64,000 nt of DNA from a virus, in the IMG/VR virus record IMGVR_UViG_3300046170_000449, positions 1 through 64,000 of that record; one strand, 5' to 3'. Shown piece by piece: positions 18,671-28,914 of the stretch (position 1 is the stretch's first letter; each line of letters opens with the position of its first letter). The position numbers were made by a program, and so were the translations under genes. Under the pieces are notes generated by a model. It searched no databases. It worked only from the letters and a program-made list of their open reading frames with translations, and was not told the origin of the DNA.

Positions 18671-19399
18671 ATGATTGCAGGTAAATATGCAAAACTAATG
18701 CAATCTCCTGCGACTGCTATGGCAATCGGCGGCCTTGGTGCTGCCGGTATTTCTTTAGCAAGCAATCAAGGAGAAGACAAAAGCTATGGTCGCCAGGCTT
18801 TAGAATCTCTTGGTGCTGGTGCTCTTGGTGCTGGTGTTGGCCATGTGTTACCTGCAGTTTATGCACGTTCTGCACAACGTGCCACAGCTGCAGGTCGTAA
18901 CTTTACTGATGAGTTGCGAGGTATTCAGTCTCCTATGGGAGGACTTGAGCGTGAAATCGCAAAAGCCCGTGCAATGAGTGCACGAGGTATGATGGATGCA
19001 GGCGCATCACAAGAAACTACTGCTAAAGCAGCTGCCATGGGTATCCGTGGTGCCCAAGTTGCAACAAATGCCACAGCTGCTCTTGGTGGCTTAGGTCTTG
19101 CCACTGGCTTAGGTGGACAGATTGGTGGTGGTGTAGCCAACCTTGGAAACATGGCTGGTCTCGCTATTGATCCTGAATCACCTGGTTCAAGTAACACACA
19201 GGGTTCGCGTATGAGTATGCAACCTCAAATGAGTGATCCAGGGCAGACTGGAATGCAATCTGACATTCGTGCAATGCGTGAAAGACAAGAGCAAAGAGAT
19301 CAGCGTGTGGAACTGGGCAACTTAGCTGGTATAGGCGCAATAGGTCTTGCTGCTTTAGGAACTGCTGGTCATGCAGCAGCTAAACGTGGTAAAAGGTGA
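18671..19399 (+). CDS. Gly/Ala-rich virion-region protein, N-terminal IAGKY
   Basis: 242 aa, GGAG upstream. Confidence 0.65.
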   Translation: MIAGKYAKLMQSPATAMAIGGLGAAGISLASNQGEDKSYGRQALESLGAGALGAGVGHVLPAVYARSAQRATAAGRNFTDELRGIQSPMGGLEREIAKARAMSARGMMDAGASQETTAKAAAMGIRGAQVATNATAALGGLGLATGLGGQIGGGVANLGNMAGLAIDPESPGSSNTQGSRMSMQPQMSDPGQTGMQSDIRAMRERQEQRDQRVELGNLAGIGAIGLAALGTAGHAAAKRGKR

Positions 19400-19462
19400 T
19401 GCGTATGTTTTAAACATGAGTATTCACTTCTAGTAGTTATTTATGTAATCAACATTACAGAC

Positions 19463-19545
19463 TGCTAAAATTTAATGTAGATAGGACTTTTTGTCCGATC
19501 TTTCATCCGACAAAACTATTCCTGCGAACTGGAGGATAAAAGACT
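19463..19545 (+). promoter_or_regulatory. putative MCP promoter, structured leader and SD
   Basis: extended -10 TGCTAAAAT (19463-19471), TTTTGTC...GACAAAA hairpin, GGAGG at 19531-19535. Confidence 0.45.
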
Positions 19546-20709
19546 GTGTTCTTAGACAACGATTTTCCTAAGATTTTAGGTGCGGAACTATACCGCCCTC
19601 ATCCCGCTTACATTTGCGAGATGGCCGTTGAGCCTGTAGTCGTACATGACTTTACCTCACAGCCTGGTCAAACTGTACAGCTGGATCGCTACAAGTTCTG
19701 GGGAACGCCCGGCACTAAAGATAGCCGTGAGCGTATCTCAGATCAGACTATTGGTACTGCTAATAGCCGCAACATCACTAAAGAAAAAGTGCTTGTTGTA
19801 CTTAAAGAGTACACCGGCCCTGCGGATCCAAGTGATCCTACACAGCCTTCTACCTTTAAGATTGCTCGTGAAACTCTGATCACTGCTCAGCGTTTGCTGC
19901 TTGATACCGGCAACCTGAACATGTTCCACCAGTCCATCGGTAGCTTGACGCTGCTTGATGACTATCGTCGTTGGCGTGACCGCGTCTTCATTGACGAACT
20001 TGCCAAAGCAGAAGCACAAGGCCAATCATCTTCGACCCAAGGTGGTTACTACTTCGCTGGTGATAAGGCCAAAGATTCACAAGGCCGTGTTTCTTACACA
20101 GCTGCAGAATACACTGCACAAGTACAACAGTTTTCTGTTCGTACCGACCTTCTTGAAGTCGTAAAAGATCTTCGTAAGCGCAACGTACCTACCTTCGCTG
20201 ATGGTCTGTATCGTTGTATTTGCGATCCCGTTTTCATGATGCATCTGCGCCGTGACGAGGACTTCCGTGAGATTGCTCGTTATGCAGGTAATCCTGGACA
20301 AGGCATGTACATGGCTAACCCCATGATGCCTAATAACTCCAGTTTCTACATGGGACCACAAGCTGGCCAAGGTTATTTCCTTGCTGGTGAGCCCGTTATG
20401 CCTACTGGCGTTCAGTTCGAGGGTGTTAAGTTCTTCGAGTCAACCAACTTCCCTAACAAGAGTGTTAACGCATCATTCGATGCAGGTGCTAATTATGCTT
20501 CTGAAGAAGTTGCACAAGGTTACTTCTTTGGTCCTCAGGCAGTTGGTGTTGGTATCGGCGGTCCAAACGCACAAGTGCTCATCAACAACAACGATGACTT
20601 CAGTCGCTTCATCATCTTGATTTGGCAGCTTTACGCAGGTTTCGAGGTTCTGAACAAGGACTTCATCACCAATGCATTCAGCTTCCTGTCTGACGATGGC
20701 GCGGTTTAA
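19546..20709 (+). CDS. major capsid protein (HK97 fold, N4-gp56-like)
   Basis: 387 aa, GTG start with strong SD, highly biased codon usage, PGQTVQLDRY...VLKEYTG pattern. Confidence 0.85.
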   Translation: MFLDNDFPKILGAELYRPHPAYICEMAVEPVVVHDFTSQPGQTVQLDRYKFWGTPGTKDSRERISDQTIGTANSRNITKEKVLVVLKEYTGPADPSDPTQPSTFKIARETLITAQRLLLDTGNLNMFHQSIGSLTLLDDYRRWRDRVFIDELAKAEAQGQSSSTQGGYYFAGDKAKDSQGRVSYTAAEYTAQVQQFSVRTDLLEVVKDLRKRNVPTFADGLYRCICDPVFMMHLRRDEDFREIARYAGNPGQGMYMANPMMPNNSSFYMGPQAGQGYFLAGEPVMPTGVQFEGVKFFESTNFPNKSVNASFDAGANYASEEVAQGYFFGPQAVGVGIGGPNAQVLINNNDDFSRFIILIWQLYAGFEVLNKDFITNAFSFLSDDGAV

Positions 20710-20741
20710 GTTAGAACTATAAACCTCTATTGAGAATGTAA

Positions 20742-21515
20742 ATGGCATACTTATCTGCTAAGAAAATTTATCCAGCCGACATGGCTGAGCCGCTTAACGG
20801 TTGGTATCAGAACATTGATACCAATGAAAGTGGAACTAATGATGGTTCCAAGGGTGGCCCTACTTCTGTACTGGCTAATCCCGGCTGGCGTTTCTTCCAG
20901 CTCCGTGGTTATGTTCCTGTAACCAATGCTTCTGGTGACGGTTATGTCACTACTGCCGAAGTCATCATCCCTTCTCCTTATAAGAATGATGATACTCGTG
21001 TAAACATCACTGGCATGGTTGTCGGCGCTACTGCTGACCGTCCTGCTTATGTTTATCGTTCTTCTGTTTCAGTCGCCAGTGGCTGGGGCGATGGACGTGT
21101 AGCTGTTGATGGCATCACCACCTCCGGTGCTACTCAGGTAATCGGTTTCGGTCCTGGTACCGCTTCTGCCCCTACCACCTTCTCAGGTGTTGTACAAGGT
21201 GCTAACGTCACCGCTGTATCGAACAACATCCCAGCAGGAACAGGCGGCTTGGGTACTAACCCTTTCCAGACTGCAACAACCTTGACAGCTCCAATGCTCT
21301 ATAAAGAGTACACAGCTGATCAAACGTTCCGCGTCTATTCAAAGGCAGCCACTAACTCCACCGCTACTAACGGTGGTTGGGCTATCTCTGATGCTGATAA
21401 AGCAGCTGGTCGCTACGGCTACATCCTGGTTGAAGTTTGCTTCGTCCAGCCTGATGTACCTGTTGATTACGATGATCTTGAACAGTATCTTCCTTACAAA
21501 ATTGCTTCTAATTAA
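20742..21515 (+). CDS. structural protein (capsid decoration or tail-tube candidate)
   Basis: directly after MCP, same codon bias, Thr/Gly/Val beta-rich. Confidence 0.6.
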   Translation: MAYLSAKKIYPADMAEPLNGWYQNIDTNESGTNDGSKGGPTSVLANPGWRFFQLRGYVPVTNASGDGYVTTAEVIIPSPYKNDDTRVNITGMVVGATADRPAYVYRSSVSVASGWGDGRVAVDGITTSGATQVIGFGPGTASAPTTFSGVVQGANVTAVSNNIPAGTGGLGTNPFQTATTLTAPMLYKEYTADQTFRVYSKAATNSTATNGGWAISDADKAAGRYGYILVEVCFVQPDVPVDYDDLEQYLPYKIASN

Positions 21516-21573
21516 TTTTGTAAAAGTTTAATAAATAAAGCTAAGATAGGACCAGTAAATAAACACTGGTCCT

Positions 21574-21984
21574 ATGCTTTATAAACATAACAAAACAGGG
21601 GCACGACTTAAAGTTGTAACTGAATGGGACGAAGGAGATTGGTTCATGGTCGAAGATCAGGACGGTAAAGTTTTCACTGTATACAAAACAGAACTTGTCC
21701 CAGATGAGCAAGCGACCAAACAAGTCAAAACTCTTCAAGTTAAAGATGCAGCAAAAGGTGATGAACCACGTAAGTTCCCTACTGAAACTCGTTTAAACAT
21801 TAATGGCGCAACTGCTCAAATGATCGCTGATCATATTAAAGGAGTTGGTATAAAAACAGCCAGAGATATTAAAGATTTACAGTCTTCTTTGTCGGGTGAA
21901 AGGTTTAACAATCTTGAACAGTTGAGACAGATTTCACGAGTTGATTGGGATTCAGTGTTTGCTGCAGACCTTGTCCGTGTTTAA
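21574..21984 (+). CDS. helix-hairpin-helix domain protein
   Basis: LNINGATAQMIADHIKGVGIKTARDI, a ComEA-like HhH motif. Confidence 0.65.
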   Translation: MLYKHNKTGARLKVVTEWDEGDWFMVEDQDGKVFTVYKTELVPDEQATKQVKTLQVKDAAKGDEPRKFPTETRLNINGATAQMIADHIKGVGIKTARDIKDLQSSLSGERFNNLEQLRQISRVDWDSVFAADLVRV

Positions 21985-21986
21985 TC

Positions 21987-22007
21987 AAAGCCCTTCGGGG
22001 CTTTTTT
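21987..22007 (+). terminator. rho-independent terminator
   Basis: AAAGCCC-TTCG-GGGCTTT plus T-run. Confidence 0.85.
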
Positions 22008-22029
22008 AATTTATAATTAAAAGATACGG

Positions 22030-22521
22030 TTGTGGAAAGTGTCACAGTTATCCAATTTCAACAAAAGTCGTATTAGATACCATTTGGGTTACTACATTGT
22101 TAGTGTCCCAGCAGGCGACTATGCGCGTTTAGAAGAAGCAATGAATTCTGTACCAGATTCAGTGTTTGCAGATAAACTTGTTTATCAGATTGGACGTTGT
22201 GATGCAGCTGAACGCAAGACGCAATTAGCTTCTTACGAAACAGATTTCCAACCACCAAGCACAAGAGTTGAAGGCATTGTTGGAGACGTTGATCGTACGA
22301 TCCGTTCTAGTAATGTCAAAGAAGCTTTAAAAGTATGGGACGAAGTATATCTGTATGAGACCAATCGTCTTGCACAGATTCTTTACGTACCTAACTATAA
22401 AGATCCTTTCCAGGCGCGTTATCGATATGAACGTTCTGGAGCAGAGTTCATCATGGCTCTACCAGGCCCAGCTGATACAGCAGTTGGTGCAAACTTATAC
22501 CTCCACGTTAATTACAGATAG
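22030..22521 (+). CDS. putative head-tail adaptor/completion protein
   Basis: KSRIRYHLG N-terminus, size and position. Confidence 0.5.
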   Translation: MWKVSQLSNFNKSRIRYHLGYYIVSVPAGDYARLEEAMNSVPDSVFADKLVYQIGRCDAAERKTQLASYETDFQPPSTRVEGIVGDVDRTIRSSNVKEALKVWDEVYLYETNRLAQILYVPNYKDPFQARYRYERSGAEFIMALPGPADTAVGANLYLHVNYR

Positions 22522-22523
22522 TC

Positions 22524-23717
22524 ATGGGAATACTAGGAGCAGCTGGACAGCTTTTTAACACAGCAAGAAAAACACCTATTGCTGGTAAGTTTCTACAGAA
22601 GGTCTTCAAGGGTGGTGCATCAAAAGCAGATGATGTATTACGGGGCACTCCCTTAGTCAATAACCCTGTTGTTAGGGTAGGCACACCCCCAGTCACTAGT
22701 CTTAGTCCTGTACGTTCTGCTGCTAGTAAAGGAAGAGTTCCTAAAGGCTTTACACAAGGAGCAACACCTGCACCAGCAGGAACAACTGTAGGACGTGCCG
22801 TTTATCCAGGACAGCCCAATCCGATTACTGGAGGAGCCCCAACGAGATTATCTGGTAAAGGAGGAGGATTCAATTCAGTAATGAACTTTGTTGCCCCAGG
22901 CCAAAATCTTGGGGGCCGTGCATTGGGATTAGGTGGAAGAGCACTTAACGCAGTTGGACTTTATGAAGGAGGGAAGCAACTTCTTCAAGGTGATGTTGGT
23001 GGTGCGGCTCAGGTCCTAGCGGGGAGTTTCCCTGGACGTACTTTAGGATTAGCATCAAAGGTGCTTGGGGGTACAGGTCTTGCCGGTATAGCGAAACCTT
23101 TAATTGGAGCAACTGCTTTACTAGCGTTAACTCCAGGTAGTGGAGGCAATTCAACAATGGATGATTACTATAAAACGCTTACACCAGAACAAAAAGAAAA
23201 GTTTCAGAATAATATTAGAAGTGAGCAAGAAAATATGTCTGACGCACAGAAGCGAAAAATGGGCATTACTCCTGCTGATCCCTTAGTGACAAGGCTTCCT
23301 GATAGCTCTCCTTTCGTTCCTGCCCCTACTAATTTACCGTCTTCCCCTGAAGCTGTAGTAGCTAATCCCTTGCAGCAAAAGATGGCTGAATACGAACAAG
23401 GCAGAGCTAAAGCAACGACGCAAGAAGAGATGGATGCAGTAAGAGACCTGGGAATGTCAATACATCAAGCGGCTAATCCACAGATGTATGAGGAGTCGTA
23501 TAACCCTCTGATGGCAGCCACCTTCCCTGAGCGTTATACCAAAACACCTGAAGATTTTATTCTTCAAGGAGGCATTCAAGCACCTAGAGGAATGAGTGAT
23601 AAAGATGCCAGACAAGCAACGGCATTTGGCAATAAGATACAAACTATGCAAAGTGCAGAAGTTGAGCCCACTAGATTACAAAAAGCTCTAGCTGCAGTTA
23701 AACGTTACAAGTCTTGA
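22524..23717 (+). CDS. putative internal virion protein
   Basis: 397 aa with Gly/Ala/Leu-rich segments and an IAGKF motif. Confidence 0.6.
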   Translation: MGILGAAGQLFNTARKTPIAGKFLQKVFKGGASKADDVLRGTPLVNNPVVRVGTPPVTSLSPVRSAASKGRVPKGFTQGATPAPAGTTVGRAVYPGQPNPITGGAPTRLSGKGGGFNSVMNFVAPGQNLGGRALGLGGRALNAVGLYEGGKQLLQGDVGGAAQVLAGSFPGRTLGLASKVLGGTGLAGIAKPLIGATALLALTPGSGGNSTMDDYYKTLTPEQKEKFQNNIRSEQENMSDAQKRKMGITPADPLVTRLPDSSPFVPAPTNLPSSPEAVVANPLQQKMAEYEQGRAKATTQEEMDAVRDLGMSIHQAANPQMYEESYNPLMAATFPERYTKTPEDFILQGGIQAPRGMSDKDARQATAFGNKIQTMQSAEVEPTRLQKALAAVKRYKS

Positions 23718-23765
23718 TTAGTTTTGAAATTACTTTGTTTACTCCTTTCATTTCTCTCTTGTACC

Positions 23766-24533
23766 ATGCCCACTACTTCTCAGCTTTTTAACTTAACTCC
23801 ACAAGAGAGAAACGCAGCAATTAATACTATTGCACGAGAAGCTTATCAAGGTGGCGGCGGTAAGGATATTGCAGCTGTAACGGCTAACTTGCTATCACGC
23901 AGGCTAGCTAACTATGGAGGCAACACTAATCTTGTCGATATTGTTAAGCAGCCAGGGCAGTATGAAGCTAACTTTCATTTAAATCGTGATCAGATTACCA
24001 ATCCAAAGTTACTCACTGAGGCTGATTACAAACGAGTATCAGCTGTTTTCGATAATCCTGCCATGATTAGAGACGCTTACCAGAAGAGTGGTGGCGCTTT
24101 ATCTTTCCGTGGCGTGTCTGCTTATGGTAATCGCAAGCAGGGCGACTATGTTCCTGTTGAAGGTAAGAGTAATTTTTACTTTGATCCATTAGATAAACAA
24201 ACTTATCAAAAAGGTTTAGACGTATTTGCCAGCGTACCTGAAGATAGCAATAAGCCTATTATTAATGCCCAGCAATTCCTTGATGGTTACAAAGGTCAAA
24301 CAACGCAACAAATCCCTAGTAACTATACCGGTGCTCTTACAATAAACAATTACTACACCGGAGACGGTACTGAAACACAGCAAAGTAAAACAAAAAGCAT
24401 GACTCAAAATTTACTAAATTCTTTAGTTGACTCACAAAGTAAAGGGCAAATGGCTGACCCACTTACATTAATGATGGAACAGGTAATAGAAGGAAAAGGA
24501 AAGATCAATCCTCTGATGTTGTATAGCATGTAA
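23766..24533 (+). CDS. virion-associated cell wall hydrolase (SleB/Hydrolase_2-like)
   Basis: IAREA...VTANLLSR...DIVKQPGQYEA; ATG 23766 preferred over TTG 23724. Confidence 0.6.
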   Translation: MPTTSQLFNLTPQERNAAINTIAREAYQGGGGKDIAAVTANLLSRRLANYGGNTNLVDIVKQPGQYEANFHLNRDQITNPKLLTEADYKRVSAVFDNPAMIRDAYQKSGGALSFRGVSAYGNRKQGDYVPVEGKSNFYFDPLDKQTYQKGLDVFASVPEDSNKPIINAQQFLDGYKGQTTQQIPSNYTGALTINNYYTGDGTETQQSKTKSMTQNLLNSLVDSQSKGQMADPLTLMMEQVIEGKGKINPLMLYSM

Positions 24534-24542
24534 AATATATTT

Positions 24543-25268
24543 ATGACTTATTATCGTCCTGTACAAATTGGTGTGACTGGCCCTAAAGGGCGCATGGGAA
24601 GTGGTACTGGTTATCATATTGATAGTAAGTATTCAACATCCTTACCTTGGGAAGATATTGCCAAACGATTTGATTCCAAGGCAAATCTTTATGGCCAGGG
24701 AGGTCGCAATATAGTTTTCTCTAATCAAGGGATGGACTATGCTGCATATAATCCTCAAGCAGAGATGGCTGCAAAGGTTGCACTACTACAAAAAGCAGCT
24801 GGAGCACACGAACAAAGAGAAGGGTTCCATTCATTTGACTACTTTGCACCAAAGGGTAAAGATGTTTGGGACAAGAGTGCAGAAGGCGCACCTATTTATT
24901 TAGCAGTAGAAGAAGGGCGTACACCGCTTATTGGACAAGCTCAAGACTACGGTGTCTATGGGACAGTCACAGACTCTCAAGGAAACGTCCTAGGTAAGTC
25001 TGGTCACGGCGATACTAAGTATGCAGGTCAAACGTATGACACAGAGATTCCAGAATTAGGAGATCCAACTAAAGCACCGATCACAATTAATAATTATTAT
25101 GGAGCAGGCAAAAAAGAAGCGTCTAAAGAACCTTCTTTAACTCAAAGATTGCTTTCTAGTTTAGGTAGAAAGGCTAAACAAAAAGACCCGATTACTGCTA
25201 TGATGGAAAGTATGATTGCATCCAGGTCAGGTAAGTTAGACCCTTCCGCTCTTTATAATTTCCTCTGA
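24543..25268 (+). CDS. virion protein, possible permuted M23-like peptidase
   Basis: GRMGSGTGYHID, HSFDY and YGVYG...GHGD motifs; C-terminus paralogous to upstream gene. Confidence 0.45.
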   Translation: MTYYRPVQIGVTGPKGRMGSGTGYHIDSKYSTSLPWEDIAKRFDSKANLYGQGGRNIVFSNQGMDYAAYNPQAEMAAKVALLQKAAGAHEQREGFHSFDYFAPKGKDVWDKSAEGAPIYLAVEEGRTPLIGQAQDYGVYGTVTDSQGNVLGKSGHGDTKYAGQTYDTEIPELGDPTKAPITINNYYGAGKKEASKEPSLTQRLLSSLGRKAKQKDPITAMMESMIASRSGKLDPSALYNFL

Positions 25269-26062
25269 TGACCGCTACTAATACCAACAAGCAACCTGTA
25301 TTTGTCGATCGTCCTTTAATTGCAAGGGCTAAGATTACCAATCAAATCGTTGGTACTCCCAATGATTTAAACGTACAAGGTGGACAGAATCCAGCCTTAG
25401 TCGTTGATATGGATGCAACGCTTAGTTTAGATAACAACAGCGGAGGTATTATTGATGCCATCCGTATTGTTCGTGATAATTACTCTAACGCTTCTCAGCA
25501 AGACTATGTAATTAATGCTACTACTTCAGGAACAAATATCAGCCTGGTCAGTGGACAGGTTGTGTATGTAGAAGATGCAGCAGTTCTTACTAACCCAGCT
25601 GAAAGCGGTATTGGTTATTATACTTACACTGGCTCTGTTATTTACGAAGGACCAAATCAAGATATTACTTTTAGTGGTTTAGCTACTCCAACAACATCAG
25701 GTTTTAGTTATAACTCATTAGCCCAAACGACACTTCCAATGGTGACTTTTGTTTGCTACCACACCCGTGGAACAACAGTACCGATTCCAGCTGATGGAGA
25801 TTACACTGTACTCTTCAGTAAGACTGTGCCTTTAAATTCAGGTAGCGTTGATTGTAGTGATGTAATGCCTGAACTATTAGCTCCTATTCCAGCTGCTGGT
25901 AACACTGCCGGATTAGGTTCAGCAACACCACTTAAGGAGCGTGGAATTAATCTACAACGTGGTGATCGCCTTTACGTAGGTGTTCTCCAACAAGGCGTTT
26001 ATAACAATACCTCTGGCTATATCCCAGGTGCTCATGTGATTGCGCAAGGCGGTTACTATTGA
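25268..26062 (+). CDS. structural protein
   Basis: 264 aa, beta-rich, NKQPVFVDRP N-terminus, in virion block. Confidence 0.6.
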   Translation: MTATNTNKQPVFVDRPLIARAKITNQIVGTPNDLNVQGGQNPALVVDMDATLSLDNNSGGIIDAIRIVRDNYSNASQQDYVINATTSGTNISLVSGQVVYVEDAAVLTNPAESGIGYYTYTGSVIYEGPNQDITFSGLATPTTSGFSYNSLAQTTLPMVTFVCYHTRGTTVPIPADGDYTVLFSKTVPLNSGSVDCSDVMPELLAPIPAAGNTAGLGSATPLKERGINLQRGDRLYVGVLQQGVYNNTSGYIPGAHVIAQGGYY

Positions 26063-26063
26063 G

Positions 26064-27755
26064 ATGACACGAAAAAGACCTGGAGGAAACTTTGGAAACT
26101 TTGGGTCTTCTTCGTTTAGTAAAAATGAAAATCCAAAGCTGAAGAAGTATAAAGTAAAACCTGTACAAGGAGCTTTTGGGGGCAGTGTACCAGACTCTCT
26201 TTATACAAGTAATAAAGAATCAGCCTGGGCACGATGGAGAAGAGGATGGGAGTTAGCAACCGCTAATGGTGTTTTACGTCCTTTCTTTTATGACTTTAAG
26301 TATGAAATTCCTTTAGGTGGAATTACTGTTGTCGGTAATCGTGCACCGTTTGTTAGTGGTGCCCTTCAAGGTTTTCTTACTGAGAACAAAGAATATGGAA
26401 TGCATTGGGCAGGAAGAATCAATTCAGGTAACTTACGGTTTGACAATTTAGAAGATCAGTATAATGTAAAACTAGCTGTCTCAGGTGAAATACCTTTTGA
26501 CCAACTCTTTATGGCCAGTGGCCAAGACAATGAAAACTTTTGGTACATACAGCTGAGCGGTACGTTTGATACAGCTAATCCAGTTCCACCTCCTTTATTT
26601 ACACGGTTGCCGTTTGGAACGTCAATCAAACCTATTAATGGCGATATTTTAGAAGATACTATTGTTGAAGTATCAGGACAACCGATTGACTCTGAGACAC
26701 GTGATCCTTTAACAGCTAAGCGTTATGGTTTTGTACAAGCAATCATGACGGATATTGATCAAGACACAGGAGTCATGAAGGTCAGAAAATTAGGCTCCAC
26801 TCAATCAACAGAAGACGGTGTTCTTCAAACACCTTCACGCATCCCCTTTGAACCAGGGAGATTTTTACAAACTGGCACTCGTTATTGTTGTAGCTGCCAA
26901 GACTTTACTCGTCGTAATTACGCTTATCTTTCTTCTTTAGGTTTACGTACAGGAGCTAAGTTTCCAAAATCAAAAGTAGCAACAGTAAAACCAGGTCGTT
27001 ATGAAGAGATGAAATATCGCGGCAACATTTTAAATGCAGCGCAGGCTGAGATCATGAGTGGTGTTGTCCAGAATCGTTTAATGACGATTGTTTATCCTAG
27101 TGGTGAACTTTACTCTTATCCTGTACCAGGAGCTACATTACAAGCATCAGGTAAAGACATCAGGCAACCAGATAATTTATATAGAGATTTTCCTGCAGTA
27201 TTTGAGGACTTTGGAAGTATTTATACGAGAGGCTTTGGAGATAAACCAAACCCTAGTGGTGTTGCAGAAGGCATGCCCAAGTATGGAGACTATAAACAAA
27301 GCGGGTTAGATATTACTGAGGTTTCTGACTACTGGACTTATACCTTAGATCAGTATCGTTACTGTAAACACATTTATGCGATGCGTTATGCAGACGGTGT
27401 ATTTCCAAATGAGCCCTCTGACTTTCCAGTTAAGATAGGTTCAATGGCCGAATGGGAAAATAATTTAGTTGAAAAAACTAGGAACTCACAAACCAAAGCC
27501 TTTGAAAAGCTGGCTTACTATGGATTAGGTTACATGGATACACCGCCTTTTAATTTACAGGCGCCCATGATGAGTCCGATGCTTCAACGCATTCTGAATG
27601 TACCGTCTGAATTTATTGTTCTACAGAACTTTTTCATGGTAGATAAAGATGGTAACACTTACAACATGGCATCTGGCCAAAAGCCTGACAGTACAGGACA
27701 ACCCAGTGGTTTCCAAATTAATAATTGGGATTTTCCTCTAGGTACTAATTACTAA
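26064..27755 (+). CDS. hypothetical protein with split SWIM-like Zn motif
   Basis: YCCSCQDF ... YCKHIYA; ATG at 26064. Confidence 0.6.
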   Translation: MTRKRPGGNFGNFGSSSFSKNENPKLKKYKVKPVQGAFGGSVPDSLYTSNKESAWARWRRGWELATANGVLRPFFYDFKYEIPLGGITVVGNRAPFVSGALQGFLTENKEYGMHWAGRINSGNLRFDNLEDQYNVKLAVSGEIPFDQLFMASGQDNENFWYIQLSGTFDTANPVPPPLFTRLPFGTSIKPINGDILEDTIVEVSGQPIDSETRDPLTAKRYGFVQAIMTDIDQDTGVMKVRKLGSTQSTEDGVLQTPSRIPFEPGRFLQTGTRYCCSCQDFTRRNYAYLSSLGLRTGAKFPKSKVATVKPGRYEEMKYRGNILNAAQAEIMSGVVQNRLMTIVYPSGELYSYPVPGATLQASGKDIRQPDNLYRDFPAVFEDFGSIYTRGFGDKPNPSGVAEGMPKYGDYKQSGLDITEVSDYWTYTLDQYRYCKHIYAMRYADGVFPNEPSDFPVKIGSMAEWENNLVEKTRNSQTKAFEKLAYYGLGYMDTPPFNLQAPMMSPMLQRILNVPSEFIVLQNFFMVDKDGNTYNMASGQKPDSTGQPSGFQINNWDFPLGTNY

Positions 27756-27811
27756 AGTTGACTTGACACCTCTGAATCATTTATAATATCTTTATTAACT
27801 ATTAAGGATCC

Positions 27812-28228
27812 TTGATTCATCTTCATCTACCGTCGGATCAACACATTGTGGATGCTGTATTTTCTTTGGCTGCCCTTCCTAATTTAGAGAAAGCGTCTTG
27901 GTTACTTGCAATGATTGCAACGTTTGGTAAGACACCAAAGCAACTAAAAGGTTTCTCCTGGAACGAAGATAACACTATTAATATCCTTTCTAAAAAACGT
28001 TCTGTTAAACCTCTCCATCCCCAGTGGGTGTATTTATTTCAACTCAAAGAAAAGCAGCCGTCTGATTTGGACAGCTGCTGGGAAAGTTTAATCGTAGATT
28101 TAAAAAGAATTACTGATGAAAAAGCAATCCTTTTAACTATTGAAAACCTTTTGCTTTCCTATAAAGTTAGGAAGATTTGCTACGTGCCTATTAAGCAACA
28201 GCTTCGGCATTTGACGACAGCTCACTGA
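27812..28228 (+). CDS. degenerate tyrosine-recombinase-like fragment
   Basis: WLLAMIATFGKTP...VKPLHPQWV.LFQL resembles the cyanobacterial/cyanophage integrase core but lacks the catalytic Arg and C-terminal motifs. Confidence 0.4.
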   Translation: MIHLHLPSDQHIVDAVFSLAALPNLEKASWLLAMIATFGKTPKQLKGFSWNEDNTINILSKKRSVKPLHPQWVYLFQLKEKQPSDLDSCWESLIVDLKRITDEKAILLTIENLLLSYKVRKICYVPIKQQLRHLTTAH

Positions 28229-28409
28229 GCATCGCTTTTACTGCAGGAATATTCCAGTAGTATGTATCACGTGACCGCGTCAAGGGACCAGAGGTATAGT
28301 GCTTACCCAGCTTGAAGGCTTTGTTATTACACAAACCATTTAGCTCATTTCGAGGCATGTCCAGGATTTTAGCTGCTTTGAAAGCTGGAGCCCAGTTGTT
28401 AATAGCCAT
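28191..28409 (-). CDS. excisionase/AlpA-like small DNA-binding protein
   Basis: KAAKILDMPRNEL...FKLGKHY...YYWN winged-HTH pattern. Confidence 0.5.
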   Translation of the reverse strand: MAINNWAPAFKAAKILDMPRNELNGLCNNKAFKLGKHYTSGPLTRSRDTYYWNIPAVKAMLSELSSNAEAVA

Positions 28410-28539
28410 GTAGCGGAAGATGCGTACTATTTAAAAATACAGGTTTTTTGCGTAATGCCAAAATCTTTACATAATTTTTTTGTATTGTTGCTGTTCTTAA
28501 AGATAGGCGGTTTTAAACTGAGATAACGGCTAGATTGCT

Positions 28540-28911
28540 ATGTTCAAAACGGAGAACGAACCCCTCGCACTCCTACTTGAACTACGCCCTAAACACGCAA
28601 AGAAACGCTTCCGAGACGAAATCTATAAAGCCTGGGACCATGACTGTGCGTATTGTGGTAAAGCTGCTACAAGTCTTGATCATATTGTGCCACGGTTTAA
28701 ATCTGGCTCTAGTAACTGCTATAACTTAATTCCTGCTTGTCGCAGCTGTAATGCAAACAAAGCGTCAAGTCCTATGGAAGAATGGTATCGTAACCAGTCG
28801 TTTTTTGAAGAGCAACGATTAACGGCAATCAAAAACTGGATGGACGATAAAATTGTTTACGTTTTAGATAATGAATTAGAATCATTAGACATGATGTTTA
28901 AACCAGCGTAG
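28540..28911 (+). CDS. HNH endonuclease
   Basis: CAYCG...LDHIVP...NLIPACRSCNANK. Confidence 0.85.
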   Translation: MFKTENEPLALLLELRPKHAKKRFRDEIYKAWDHDCAYCGKAATSLDHIVPRFKSGSSNCYNLIPACRSCNANKASSPMEEWYRNQSFFEEQRLTAIKNWMDDKIVYVLDNELESLDMMFKPA

Positions 28912-28914
28912 ATA

